Position numbers and translations under genes: made by a program
From: a virus
Length of the DNA: 39,567 nt
Virus genome (UHGV): UHGV-0061228
Reading direction: 5' to 3' (one strand)
Notes under the pieces: generated by a model
Told to the model about the DNA's origin: nothing
Database searches by the model: none
What the model saw: the letters and a program-made list of their open reading frames with translations, nothing else
Part shown: positions 28,464-36,688 of the stretch, piece by piece
How positions within the stretch are numbered: the first letter of the stretch is position 1
Layout: every line of letters starts with the position of its first letter

Positions 28464-28784
28464 ATGAGGATTTTAAGATTTATAGCAAATGGACAAATGC
28501 TTGAGCCTGATCCGGAATGTGATTTTACAGGTCTGGTGTCTGGAACAAGCGGATATTTGCACGCTGAATTTGATTTTAATAATGACTGGATAGGATGCAG
28601 AGTTGCGGCATCTTTTTTTAGCCTAGACAAAGAGTATCCAGCAATCGTGGAGAATTGTAGATGCGAGATTCCGGCAGAAGCACTATCCTTTAGAGACTTT
28701 TATGTGCAGCTTACAGGGATCCGGGATGGATACAAGATAACAACAAACAGGCAGATTGTAAGGCAAAGGAGACCGGGCGAATGA
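28464..28784 (+). CDS. hypothetical tail-associated protein
   Basis: ORF with RBS 'aaaggagcg'. Confidence 0.35.
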   Translation: MRILRFIANGQMLEPDPECDFTGLVSGTSGYLHAEFDFNNDWIGCRVAASFFSLDKEYPAIVENCRCEIPAEALSFRDFYVQLTGIRDGYKITTNRQIVRQRRPGE

Positions 28785-30649
28785 CGGAAGCAGAAAAGTT
28801 ATTACAGGAGACAAAGAGTGCGGCAGTTGTGGCAGAGTCGCAAGCAGAAGATATCTGCGTGATTGACTCCGACCTAAGAATTATCGGCATACCGGAACAA
28901 TTTAAAGTCCTTGGTGTCGAGCACGATAAAGATGTAAAAGTGATACAGTTTCGGATTCCGAAAGTTTATAAAGGTACAGACTTATCTGCCTTTAATATCT
29001 CCGTAAACTACCAAAATGCCAGAGGGACGAAAGACCGGTATATTGTTACAGATAAAAAAGTGTCTGGTGACCAGATCGAATTTTCGTGGACAGTCGGAAA
29101 AACAGCGATTGAATACAGAGGGGACACCCGTTTTATTGTCTGTATGCGTCTCACGGGCTCTGATGGTATAATCCAAAAAGAGTTTAATACTACACTCGCC
29201 ACAATGACCGTACTGGAAGGGCTGGAAGTTGACAATCCAGTAATCGAACAGGAAGAAAAAGACATTATCGCACAACTGTTGCAGATCGTGGATGACAAAT
29301 CCAAAGAAGCAGTACAGGCAGTTACAGCAGAGGGAACAAAGCAGATCAAAGCGGTACAGGCTGAAGCGCAGGAGATCATTGCGGACAGAGAGCAGATTAA
29401 GACCAACAAGGCAGATATCGCAGATTTAAGACAGATGAAGGCGGGAGCGATTATCAACAGTGCTAAAGGGGAGCGTATCGCTGTCGGAGATTCGGCAGAC
29501 GCGTTTTTTGAGGGATTGAAGCTACATGGGAAGAGTGAGCAAAACGGGTCGCCCACACCAGATAATCCGATACCGATAAAAAGCTGTGGAGATGGTGGAG
29601 CTATTGGGATTAGAGTGCTGAGAAAAAATCTATGCAAAGTCACTTCGGTGTTAAATGCGAGCTTTGATGAAAACACAGGAACTCTAGTCAATAATGCTAA
29701 AAACAACACTGTCAAATCTTATGTAAAAATACAAAAATACAAAGGAGATAAGTTTTTGGAAGAAATTCCCGTGAGCAATACCGGAAAGACGGAGAAAATA
29801 TTTTCCATTAACGGTACTTTTAATAGAATCCGATTGGCTTTCGCTGGTGATATATCTGAAGGAAGTATTATTATAGATGTTTCTTATCTGAATTACGGTG
29901 AATACACACTCAGTATGGATATAGAAGAGATTGGAATGAATGAAGGAAGAATTTCGAAAATCATGTTGTTAAATGAAGGGGAGTCCGATGAGATTTTTGA
30001 ACCATTTCAACACCAACAAGCTTCACTCTCCACCCCAAACGGTTTACCCGGTATTAAAGTAGATTCTGGCGGTAATTACACAGATTCTAACGGTCAACAG
30101 TGGGTTTGTGATGAGATGGATTTCAAGCGTTGGAAGTACGTGCAGAGAATCAGAAAGGTAAATCTGGAGGATCGCTCTTTCCACAAGCAAGCTTCTGATA
30201 GCTCTCTGGATTATTATCTTTTTGCAATTACATGCGAAGATAAAGCTGTGAAAAACATATATAAAAGAGCTGTACTTTGCAATACGTTTATTGCAAAAAA
30301 TGGTCAAAACATGCAGAATATAGACGGAATTGAAGGGATATCTACAAATCCAGGTGTAGCGTACTCGAATTATATCTATGTAAGGATAAAACCAAGCAGA
30401 TTGTCAGGTGTAGGAGATGCCGCTGAATTTAAAAAATGGTTAATCGATAATAACGTCCAAATTATCGAGCAAATAAACCCGATCGAAACTGACATCCCAG
30501 AAGAAACAATGCAAGCATACCAAAAACTCTACACCAACTACCCATCTACAGTTATTCAGAATGACTCTGGAGCTGGTATGGAAGTGGAGTATGTAGCGGA
30601 TACGAAGCAATTTATCTTAGACCAGATAAAAGCTCTTGTACAGGCTTAA
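28781..30649 (+). CDS. BppU-like baseplate/receptor-binding protein
   Basis: N-terminal 'VIDSDLRIIGIPEQFKVLGVEHDKDVKVIQFRIPKVY' resembles the BppU N-domain. 622 aa, after Tal. Confidence 0.5.
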   Translation: MTEAEKLLQETKSAAVVAESQAEDICVIDSDLRIIGIPEQFKVLGVEHDKDVKVIQFRIPKVYKGTDLSAFNISVNYQNARGTKDRYIVTDKKVSGDQIEFSWTVGKTAIEYRGDTRFIVCMRLTGSDGIIQKEFNTTLATMTVLEGLEVDNPVIEQEEKDIIAQLLQIVDDKSKEAVQAVTAEGTKQIKAVQAEAQEIIADREQIKTNKADIADLRQMKAGAIINSAKGERIAVGDSADAFFEGLKLHGKSEQNGSPTPDNPIPIKSCGDGGAIGIRVLRKNLCKVTSVLNASFDENTGTLVNNAKNNTVKSYVKIQKYKGDKFLEEIPVSNTGKTEKIFSINGTFNRIRLAFAGDISEGSIIIDVSYLNYGEYTLSMDIEEIGMNEGRISKIMLLNEGESDEIFEPFQHQQASLSTPNGLPGIKVDSGGNYTDSNGQQWVCDEMDFKRWKYVQRIRKVNLEDRSFHKQASDSSLDYYLFAITCEDKAVKNIYKRAVLCNTFIAKNGQNMQNIDGIEGISTNPGVAYSNYIYVRIKPSRLSGVGDAAEFKKWLIDNNVQIIEQINPIETDIPEETMQAYQKLYTNYPSTVIQNDSGAGMEVEYVADTKQFILDQIKALVQA

Positions 30650-30679
30650 AGATTGGAGATGGAATATGGAGATTAGGGC

Positions 30680-30703
30680 AAGACCGTAATGGTCTTATTT
30701 TTA
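30680..30703 (+). terminator. rho-independent terminator (aagacc-gtaat-ggtctt + ATTTTTAT)
   Basis: 6-bp perfect stem and a U-run. Confidence 0.55.
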
Positions 30704-30728
30704 TACTTAAAAAAACCGGAGGAAAGAC

Positions 30729-31010
30729 ATGACAGAAAATGAAGTAGAAGTGAAACTTGCAGAGCACGGAAAAGAAATCGGCTCATTAAAACACCGAATG
30801 AAAGAAGCAGAGGACGTTGTGAATGTGGTACATCAACTGGCGCAAGAAATGGTAGGGTTGACCAAGGAGGTTGGATTTATGAACCAGACCCTTGTGCAGT
30901 TGACCGCAAAGGTGACGCATCTTGAGCAGACACCGGCTAAACGGTGGGACGTAGTAGTAACCGCACTGATCGGAGCTGTGATTGGTGGAATAGTAGCGAT
31001 GTATCTGTAA
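30729..31010 (+). CDS. XhlA-like lysis-associated membrane protein
   Basis: 93 aa, coiled-coil N-terminus plus C-terminal TM 'VVVTALIGAVIGGIVAMYL'. Position just before the holin. Confidence 0.45.
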   Translation: MTENEVEVKLAEHGKEIGSLKHRMKEAEDVVNVVHQLAQEMVGLTKEVGFMNQTLVQLTAKVTHLEQTPAKRWDVVVTALIGAVIGGIVAMYL

Positions 31011-31023
31011 AGGAGAATGAAAA

Positions 31024-31272
31024 ATGAAGAAGATTAACTGGATTGTAAGAATTAAAAACAAGGCATTCTGGGTTGCACTGATCCCGGCAATCTTACTGTT
31101 GATACAGGCAATTGCGGCAGTGTTTGGGCTTAACATCAACCTTGGAGACCTTGGTGATAAGCTATTAACCGTAATCAATGCGCTCTTTGCAGTGCTGGCG
31201 ATCCTCGGTGTAGTGGTAGACCCAACAACACCTGGAACAGGAGATTCGGAGAGGGCACTTACATATAAATAG
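31024..31272 (+). CDS. holin (phiLC3-family-like)
   Basis: 'MKKINWIVRIKNKAFWVALIPAILLLIQAI' N-terminal signature. Two TM segments. Confidence 0.75.
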   Translation: MKKINWIVRIKNKAFWVALIPAILLLIQAIAAVFGLNINLGDLGDKLLTVINALFAVLAILGVVVDPTTPGTGDSERALTYK

Positions 31273-31277
31273 ATTCA

Positions 31278-31305
31278 GGAGAGCTTGGAAACAGGCTCTC
31301 TTTTG
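31278..31305 (+). terminator. hairpin plus U-rich tract downstream of the holin (possible attenuator)
   Basis: ggagagc-N10-gctctct followed by TTTTGTTGTG. Confidence 0.4.
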
Positions 31306-31323
31306 TTGTGCGACATCGCACAG
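31306..31323 (+). promoter_or_regulatory. 18-nt motif 'TTGTGCGACATCGCACAG' (imperfect palindrome TGTGCGA-CA-TCGCACA), copy 1, just upstream of the DUF2829 gene RBS
   Basis: Exact duplicate of 31851-31868. Confidence 0.4.
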
Positions 31324-31334
31324 GAAGGAGAAGA

Positions 31335-31850
31335 ATGATTATGAAATTTGAACAGGCATTAAAAGCAATGAAGAACGGAGAAAAAGTAAAACTGCCATCT
31401 TGGGGTGGCTATTGGTATTGGGATTCGGACAAGGAAACGGTAATGATTCAATGTAGACCACAGGACAGTGATAATGGAGAATTACTTGATATCAGAGAAA
31501 CACAGAGGGTTGAGTACACTCTTCTCAATGTGGCATCTGACGAATGGGAGATTGCAGACGAAAAGAATTGCCCGGTACTTGGTGGAATTGCAACATTTTC
31601 ATTTGGTGAAGCAATCAAATATATGAAACGTGGAATGAAAGTGAAACGTAAAGGCTGGAACGGAAAGAGTCAGTACATTCAGCTTGCTACCGGAATCTCA
31701 TATAAGGCTGCATCTGGGGAGGTTGTGAATTGTGAACATGAAGCCATTGGTAATATGGCAGTAGCTTTTGTCGGTACATCTGGTGTACAAATGGGATGGC
31801 TCGCATCACAAGCTGATATGCTGGCAGATGATTGGGTATTTGTAGATTAA
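31335..31850 (+). CDS. tandem DUF2829-like (Tad2-like) domain protein
   Basis: Two repeats of 'F[EG].A[LI]K.MK.G.KVK...W.G.......' each end in 'A.D.W...D'. The second repeat, 'FGEAIKYMKRGMKVKRKGWNGKSQYIQL...DMLADDWVFVD', matches the DUF2829 pattern. Confidence 0.5.
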   Translation: MIMKFEQALKAMKNGEKVKLPSWGGYWYWDSDKETVMIQCRPQDSDNGELLDIRETQRVEYTLLNVASDEWEIADEKNCPVLGGIATFSFGEAIKYMKRGMKVKRKGWNGKSQYIQLATGISYKAASGEVVNCEHEAIGNMAVAFVGTSGVQMGWLASQADMLADDWVFVD

Positions 31851-31868
31851 TTGTGCGACATCGCACAG
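31851..31868 (+). promoter_or_regulatory. 18-nt motif 'TTGTGCGACATCGCACAG', copy 2, just upstream of the endolysin RBS
   Basis: Exact duplicate of 31306-31323. Confidence 0.4.
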
Positions 31869-31880
31869 AGAGGAGAAAAT

Positions 31881-32855
31881 ATGAGTATTTGTCGTGGAGT
31901 AGCAGGAAACAGAGGAAGAAATCCGGTAGGAATCTTTTTTCACAATGACGCTGGAAGCAAGAACGCCAATGCAGAATTTTACAGAAATTGGTTACAGACA
32001 CATCCGCTTGAAAATGGATTTGCGCACTATTATGTAGCACAGGATGGCATCTTACAGGCAGAGGATGACTGGAATTGCGCTTGGCACTGCGGAGACGCAA
32101 ACGGGAACTTAAATTATCTTGGCATCGAAACGTGTCAGAGTATGGGTGATCTGGATGTATTTAAAGCAAATGAGGAAAAAGCATTGCAGCTGGCAGCACA
32201 GAAGTGCAAGCAATATGGAATCACACCAAGTACAAGCACGATAAGGCTACATCAGGAAGTGTATGCTACATCTTGCCCTCACAGATCTGTGGAGATTCAC
32301 GGTGGCAGGGAAGCTACAAAATCCTACTTTATTAAACGGATTAAGGAGTACATGGGTGGTAATGTCACGCCGCCAACTTATGTATCTGGAGGACAGGCGC
32401 AGGCTCAAGCTGCACAGAGACAGCCGGAAGTAGTATTTACTTACGCCGTCAAACTGGAAGACGGTACAATCTTACCATTTGTCCGCAATCTCACAGACTT
32501 TGCCGGGATACAGGGTAAGCGCATCACGGATGTAGCTATTAAGGTAGACAAGGGATCCGTAAAATACAGAGTTCATGTGATCGGAAGAGGGTGGCTACCT
32601 TATGTGACAGGATGCAACTGGAAAGATCACAATAATGGTTATGCCGGTACAGGACAGCCAATTGACGCAATCGAGGTGTACTACAATACTCCAGCAGATT
32701 ATGCGGCAAAATACGGCTACCAGAAAGCGCAGTACCGTGTCAGCCCGGTAAATGGAGCTTACTGGTCATGGCAGCATGATAATGAGACCGGAAACGGACA
32801 GGACGGATATGCTGGAGCGTTCGGACAGGCAATCGATAGATTCCAGTTGTTCTAA
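31881..32855 (+). CDS. endolysin, N-acetylmuramoyl-L-alanine amidase (Amidase_2/PGRP-type) with a C-terminal binding domain
   Basis: 'FAHYYVAQDGILQ...AWHCGDANGNLNYLGIETCQ' amidase_2 signature. RBS 'agaggag' precedes the ATG at 31881. Confidence 0.8.
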   Translation: MSICRGVAGNRGRNPVGIFFHNDAGSKNANAEFYRNWLQTHPLENGFAHYYVAQDGILQAEDDWNCAWHCGDANGNLNYLGIETCQSMGDLDVFKANEEKALQLAAQKCKQYGITPSTSTIRLHQEVYATSCPHRSVEIHGGREATKSYFIKRIKEYMGGNVTPPTYVSGGQAQAQAAQRQPEVVFTYAVKLEDGTILPFVRNLTDFAGIQGKRITDVAIKVDKGSVKYRVHVIGRGWLPYVTGCNWKDHNNGYAGTGQPIDAIEVYYNTPADYAAKYGYQKAQYRVSPVNGAYWSWQHDNETGNGQDGYAGAFGQAIDRFQLF

Positions 32856-32861
32856 TAAAAT

Positions 32862-32887
32862 CCCCTCGGAGATCGTTCTCTGAGGGG
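32862..32887. terminator. bidirectional hairpin (11-bp stem)
   Basis: cccctcggaga-tcgt-tctctgagggg. On the - strand it is followed by TTTTATT and would terminate the integrase transcript. Confidence 0.5.
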
Positions 32888-33009
32888 TGAATATTGTACC
32901 ATTTTTACTTCTTTATAATAGGTAGAAAAATAATTGTACGCTCTTGAGAAAAGGTTGACCTTTTTGCAACAACCGACAAAAGTCCAACAAACCCAGCAAA
33001 ATCAAGGGT

Positions 33010-34485
33010 TTACGGCATGTGGTAGTAGTATACTTTAAGTTCGTCTTCTTCTCGATCATAGACAATTTTCTCCACAACGCTTCTAAGCACCTCATTCTTT
33101 GTCGTCGCATCTACGGAATCGGATGAGAGAATATCGTACACATTTTTTACTCTCATCAACATATCATTGTCCTCATTTTTGGTGCTTATTTTCTCTTCTT
33201 TAAGCTCAGACAGTTGTTTTTCTAGACTGTCTTTCTCTCCCTGCACAATCCGTTTATTTTCCTTGTACTCTTCCATAGTATCAATTCCATTCATGTACGC
33301 TTCTTTGATTCTCTGCAATTTCACATCGATTTTCTTGATCTGATCTTCCAGTATGGTTTTCAAATCCGCAGTATCTTCCGTTTTAACCTCAATCTTCCGG
33401 TAGGTTATTTTTCCGGTATCCAATACAGACTTAATGGATTCCAATACCGCAGGTTCCAGCTTTAGAGAGCTTATGGAGTTCTTCGCTGCACATTTTCCCT
33501 TGGAGTATCCGTAACAGCGAAAATAGCAGTATGTCTGCTTATTGTTTTCAATCTTGCAGGCAGTCATCGTTCTTCCGCACGCTGGGCATTTAACGATCCC
33601 AGATAGCCAGTGTTTGTACGTACTCACCGGTCTTGCTCCACGTGGACGGTATTCTCTCTTGTATCGCTCCTGTGCCTTATCAAACAATTCCTTACTAATG
33701 ATTGCAGGTTGTTCTCCCTCAGCGATAATCCACTCGCTTTCTGGCCGGATCTCTTTCGATTCATTAATCGTCCGATTCCACCGCACCATCCCGCAGTAAG
33801 TGGGGTTCTGTAGGATATATTCGATAGACCTTCGTTCAAATTCTTTCCCATGTGATGTTTTAAAGTTATGGCTATTCAAGAGCCGTGCGATCTCAAACAG
33901 TCCCATGCCGTCATGCACATACTTTTCAAAAATCAGCTTCACGATTTCAGCCTCTTCCGGTACGATCACTGGCGGTTCTTTATGTGATACAATCTTGTAC
34001 CCAAGTGGTGGGCGTGCTTGGTATCCACCTCGTTCCGCTTTTTCTCTCATTCCTCTTGTTACTTCTCCGGATAGACGGACAGAGTAATATTCATCCATCC
34101 ACTCAATAATTCGTTCGATCAGAGAGCCGAATGGACCATCTACCAGTGGTTCAGAGATGCTTATTACGTCCACGTTATGTTTCTTTTTAAGCAGAGACTT
34201 ATATACAATGCTTTCCTCTTGGTTTCGTGCAAATCGGCTGAATTTCCATACCAGTATGGCATCTGCAGGATGATCTGATGCTTTTGCGAGCCCGACCATC
34301 TTTTGAAACTCCGGTCGCTTATCTGCTTTCCTTCCAGAAATCCCGACCTCGTAAAAAATCTTAGACACCACATACCCGTGACTCTTTGCGTAATCTTTTA
34401 ACAACTTCGCTTGGGAATCTGGGGATAATTCGTCTTGCTTTCCAGTGGATACACGGACGTATCCAAAAGCATATTTCGTTTCCAT
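33010..34485 (-). CDS. int: large serine recombinase (phage integrase)
   Basis: N-terminal resolvase catalytic motif 'GYVRVSTGKQ'. Recombinase domain, Zn-ribbon 'CPACGRTM..C..C' and a C-terminal coiled-coil are present. 491 aa. Confidence 0.9.
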   Translation of the reverse strand: METKYAFGYVRVSTGKQDELSPDSQAKLLKDYAKSHGYVVSKIFYEVGISGRKADKRPEFQKMVGLAKASDHPADAILVWKFSRFARNQEESIVYKSLLKKKHNVDVISISEPLVDGPFGSLIERIIEWMDEYYSVRLSGEVTRGMREKAERGGYQARPPLGYKIVSHKEPPVIVPEEAEIVKLIFEKYVHDGMGLFEIARLLNSHNFKTSHGKEFERRSIEYILQNPTYCGMVRWNRTINESKEIRPESEWIIAEGEQPAIISKELFDKAQERYKREYRPRGARPVSTYKHWLSGIVKCPACGRTMTACKIENNKQTYCYFRCYGYSKGKCAAKNSISSLKLEPAVLESIKSVLDTGKITYRKIEVKTEDTADLKTILEDQIKKIDVKLQRIKEAYMNGIDTMEEYKENKRIVQGEKDSLEKQLSELKEEKISTKNEDNDMLMRVKNVYDILSSDSVDATTKNEVLRSVVEKIVYDREEDELKVYYYHMP

Positions 34486-34572
34486 GTTATCATCTCCTTA
34501 TTTAATTTTATGCAAAAACGAGTACAAAAATAACAGCCAGCACATGAACGAATGTTCTGGATTGCAAGCTGT

Positions 34573-34622
34573 TTCCGAAGATGATACAATATTCTTGGAT
34601 TTCAATCGCATATCTTCGGATA
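34573..34622. other. candidate attP (50-bp imperfect dyad 'TTtCCGAAGAT...ATCTTCGGatA')
   Basis: 10-11 bp outer inverted repeats span about 50 bp, 90-140 bp upstream of the integrase start. Confidence 0.3.
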
Positions 34623-34819
34623 TGTAGACCGTCTCTGTTGGCGCAGGGGCGGTTTTTATTTTATTCTCCTAAAGAATTTAATGAATTCATTATGTCTTCT
34701 GTGCTCATTCCGGCAGCAGAAGCGGTATATGCATCAGTGATTTGCGTTGCGTATTGTGTATATACATCAGTTAATTTCAATGACCATTCTTCATAAACAC
34801 TGTACCTTTTCCAATACGA

Positions 34820-35785
34820 TTATATTGTTTTAGCTCCTTTTTTGCGGTTGCAACGCCAACAAAGGGTCTGAAGATTATCTTCTGTTGTCAGTCCGCCTTT
34901 AGAAACTGGAACTATGTGATCTATCTCAAGTAGTAAGTTTGGTTCTTCTTCTACGGATGCACCGCAGTTTTTGCATGTAAATCCATCACGTTCTTTGATT
35001 TTCTGCCTTAGCTTGCTTGTCATAAGCGCTCGTTGGCCAGCGGCACTTTTATTAAATTTTATCTTTTCCGAAAGAAACATCACAAATCGATTCAGGTTAT
35101 CGATATCCATCACAACATCACACTGGGTAGAAGCATTTCCTCCAGAGCTTACATATTTAAAAATATACTTCGGAAAATATGCAGTCCCCATATCAATTTC
35201 ATCGAACCCGAGTTTTCTTTCAAGCTTTGTTTTACCTATTTTCCTTATAAGGAAAGGGACTTCATCCTGAATACTTTCGATTATTCCGTTTTTTTCTGCT
35301 TTCAGTTTAACCTTTCCATCTTCAGCAGCTTCAAAATTATTCAGAACGTTTTCGAAGGCAGACAGATTTTCTTCAGTTGCTCTTATTCCGAAATATTTGC
35401 ATATATACTCAAACGGCTTTTTCTTTGCATTATTGCACACAGTACGAGAGCAGTCGTGAATGTTGGGGAAATATTCCTGATCGCTTAAGTGTTTCCGCTT
35501 GTAGTTCCATTTGCTTCTATCTCTATAAAGCGCGTCACCGTAGTCTGTTTTGGTTGAAACAAGCTGTGTGTGCTTTAGATGTTCGATATGACTGTTCAAT
35601 TCATTGCAATCATTTATGTATGACTCTATTCTGTCTTTTATTTGTAAAAACTTTCCATTTTTATAATAAAATAGTTCATACATTTTCCATGCAATAAAAA
35701 TAAGCGCCAATACTACAAAAACAGGCCATATTTTAATTGCGACTCCAATAAGTATTAATACAATAATAAAACCTATAAATTGCAT
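34820..35785 (-). CDS. membrane-anchored HNH endonuclease-domain protein (candidate defence/exclusion gene)
   Basis: RBS 'agagggag' precedes an ATG (MQFIGF..). Two N-terminal TM helices. C-terminal canonical HNH 'CKNCG....EIDHIVPVSKGG....NLQTLCWRCNRKKG'. The region is AT-rich. Confidence 0.55.
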   Translation of the reverse strand: MQFIGFIIVLILIGVAIKIWPVFVVLALIFIAWKMYELFYYKNGKFLQIKDRIESYINDCNELNSHIEHLKHTQLVSTKTDYGDALYRDRSKWNYKRKHLSDQEYFPNIHDCSRTVCNNAKKKPFEYICKYFGIRATEENLSAFENVLNNFEAAEDGKVKLKAEKNGIIESIQDEVPFLIRKIGKTKLERKLGFDEIDMGTAYFPKYIFKYVSSGGNASTQCDVVMDIDNLNRFVMFLSEKIKFNKSAAGQRALMTSKLRQKIKERDGFTCKNCGASVEEEPNLLLEIDHIVPVSKGGLTTEDNLQTLCWRCNRKKGAKTI

Positions 35786-35913
35786 TAGTCTCCCTCTTTT
35801 CTCCTGTACTTTTTCCCACAATTTATATATAAACGCCGAAGCGGTTATACCATATTAAATTAAAATCTGCCATCAAGTCCTATAAAATATTAGAACAAAT
35901 GTTCGAATAAATA

Positions 35914-35942
35914 TTGATTTTTGTTCTCCCTGATAGTATTAT
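35914..35942 (+). promoter_or_regulatory. sigma70-like promoter (TTGATT-17-TATTAT) for the sORF
   Basis: Hexamers and spacing read directly. Flanked by TTCGAA palindromes at 35902 and 35956. Confidence 0.4.
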
Positions 35943-35991
35943 ATTACTAGGGATTTCGAACAAGTGTTTTTGCAGTTAGGGGGATGGCAAA

Positions 35992-36090
35992 ATGGATTAC
36001 AAAAAACTTATAATAGAATTGGTCAACAAGTCCAACAACACTGAGATGCTGGAGCTTGTATACCGATTCTGCATAAAGCTTTTAGGCTAG
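35992..36090 (+). CDS. small ORF (32 aa) 'MDYKKLIIELVNKSNNTEMLELVYRFCIKLLG'
   Basis: RBS 'aggggga' 8 nt before the ATG. A strong terminator follows. Confidence 0.35.
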   Translation: MDYKKLIIELVNKSNNTEMLELVYRFCIKLLG

Positions 36091-36110
36091 GGGAAACCCT
36101 AGTCTTTTTT
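36087..36110 (+). terminator. rho-independent terminator (ctaggg-gaaa-ccctag + T6)
   Basis: Perfect stem, GNRA-like loop and a TTTTTT run. Confidence 0.65.
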
Positions 36111-36482
36111 AATTAAGCTCTCTGCGAGCTTTTCTAGGACATCCCATTCACTTTCATCCAGCTTTGCAAGAGCTTCTACTAATCTTTTTTTAAATGTATC
36201 ATTTTCCATTATAAGATCAGCAGCAAAGTCTGTAATCAACTGGTCTCTTGTTAATTGGATAAACATTTCACCGTTTCCGGTTCTTAACCATTCTTCGTTC
36301 ACATTGAACTCTTTACAAATCAACTTATATAAGGATTCTTTTTGATCTGGGCGTTTCAAGCGATCGTATTCTATATTAACAATAACGCTTTCACTGACGC
36401 CAAGCCTTTCTCCAAAAACTCTCCTGGACATACTTAAGTCTTTTCTTAAGATTTCAATTCTTTCTCCTATATTTAATTCCAA
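36099..36482 (-). CDS. CI-like repressor (XRE-family HTH)
   Basis: N-terminal HTH 'IGERIEILRKDLSMSRRVFGERLGVSESVIVNIE'. Divergent to the early operon. TTG start preceded by 'aaaggagg'. Confidence 0.75.
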   Translation of the reverse strand: MELNIGERIEILRKDLSMSRRVFGERLGVSESVIVNIEYDRLKRPDQKESLYKLICKEFNVNEEWLRTGNGEMFIQLTRDQLITDFAADLIMENDTFKKRLVEALAKLDESEWDVLEKLAESLIKKD

Positions 36483-36505
36483 AAGGCTTCCTCCTTTCTG
36501 AAATC

Positions 36506-36534
36506 AGTATATCATTATTATACTTGTTAGTCAA
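36506..36534 (-). promoter_or_regulatory. repressor-gene promoter (- strand: TTGACT-17-TATACT)
   Basis: Read on the reverse complement. Confidence 0.45.
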
Positions 36535-36538
36535 CAAG
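36523..36538. promoter_or_regulatory. operator palindrome O1 'CTTGTTAG|TCAACAAG', overlapping the -35 of the repressor promoter
   Basis: 6-bp arms with a 4-bp spacer. Confidence 0.45.
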
Positions 36539-36567
36539 AAAAATATTTAATTTTTTTAAAAATCTTA

Positions 36568-36596
36568 TTGACAAACAAAATAAAACGAGTTATGAT
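36568..36596 (+). promoter_or_regulatory. early rightward promoter (TTGACA-17-TATGAT)
   Basis: Consensus hexamers, 17-nt spacer. Confidence 0.6.
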
Positions 36597-36611
36597 TTGT
36601 TCATCAACAAG
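36596..36611. promoter_or_regulatory. operator O2 'TTTGTTCA|TCAACAAG' overlapping the -10/+1 of the early promoter
   Basis: Shares the right half-site with O1. Confidence 0.4.
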
Positions 36612-36688
36612 AAAGCAACAACACAAACCAAAACAAAAAAACGCTGACCTATCGGCATGACGGGGAAAAAGAAAGCGAGGTGAGAAAG

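Noticed and set aside
32982-32992. 11-mer 'AAGTCCAACAA' shared with 36029-36039, considered as an extra operator or att core
   Set aside because: A single exact 11-mer match is expected by chance many times in about 40 kb. No dyad symmetry.
33542-34109. Several 70-95-aa + strand ORFs
   Set aside because: All are antisense to the serine integrase gene.
34445-34796. Two small + strand ORFs (60 and 71 aa) upstream of the integrase
   Set aside because: No RBS, and the region is better explained as the attP and regulatory intergenic region.
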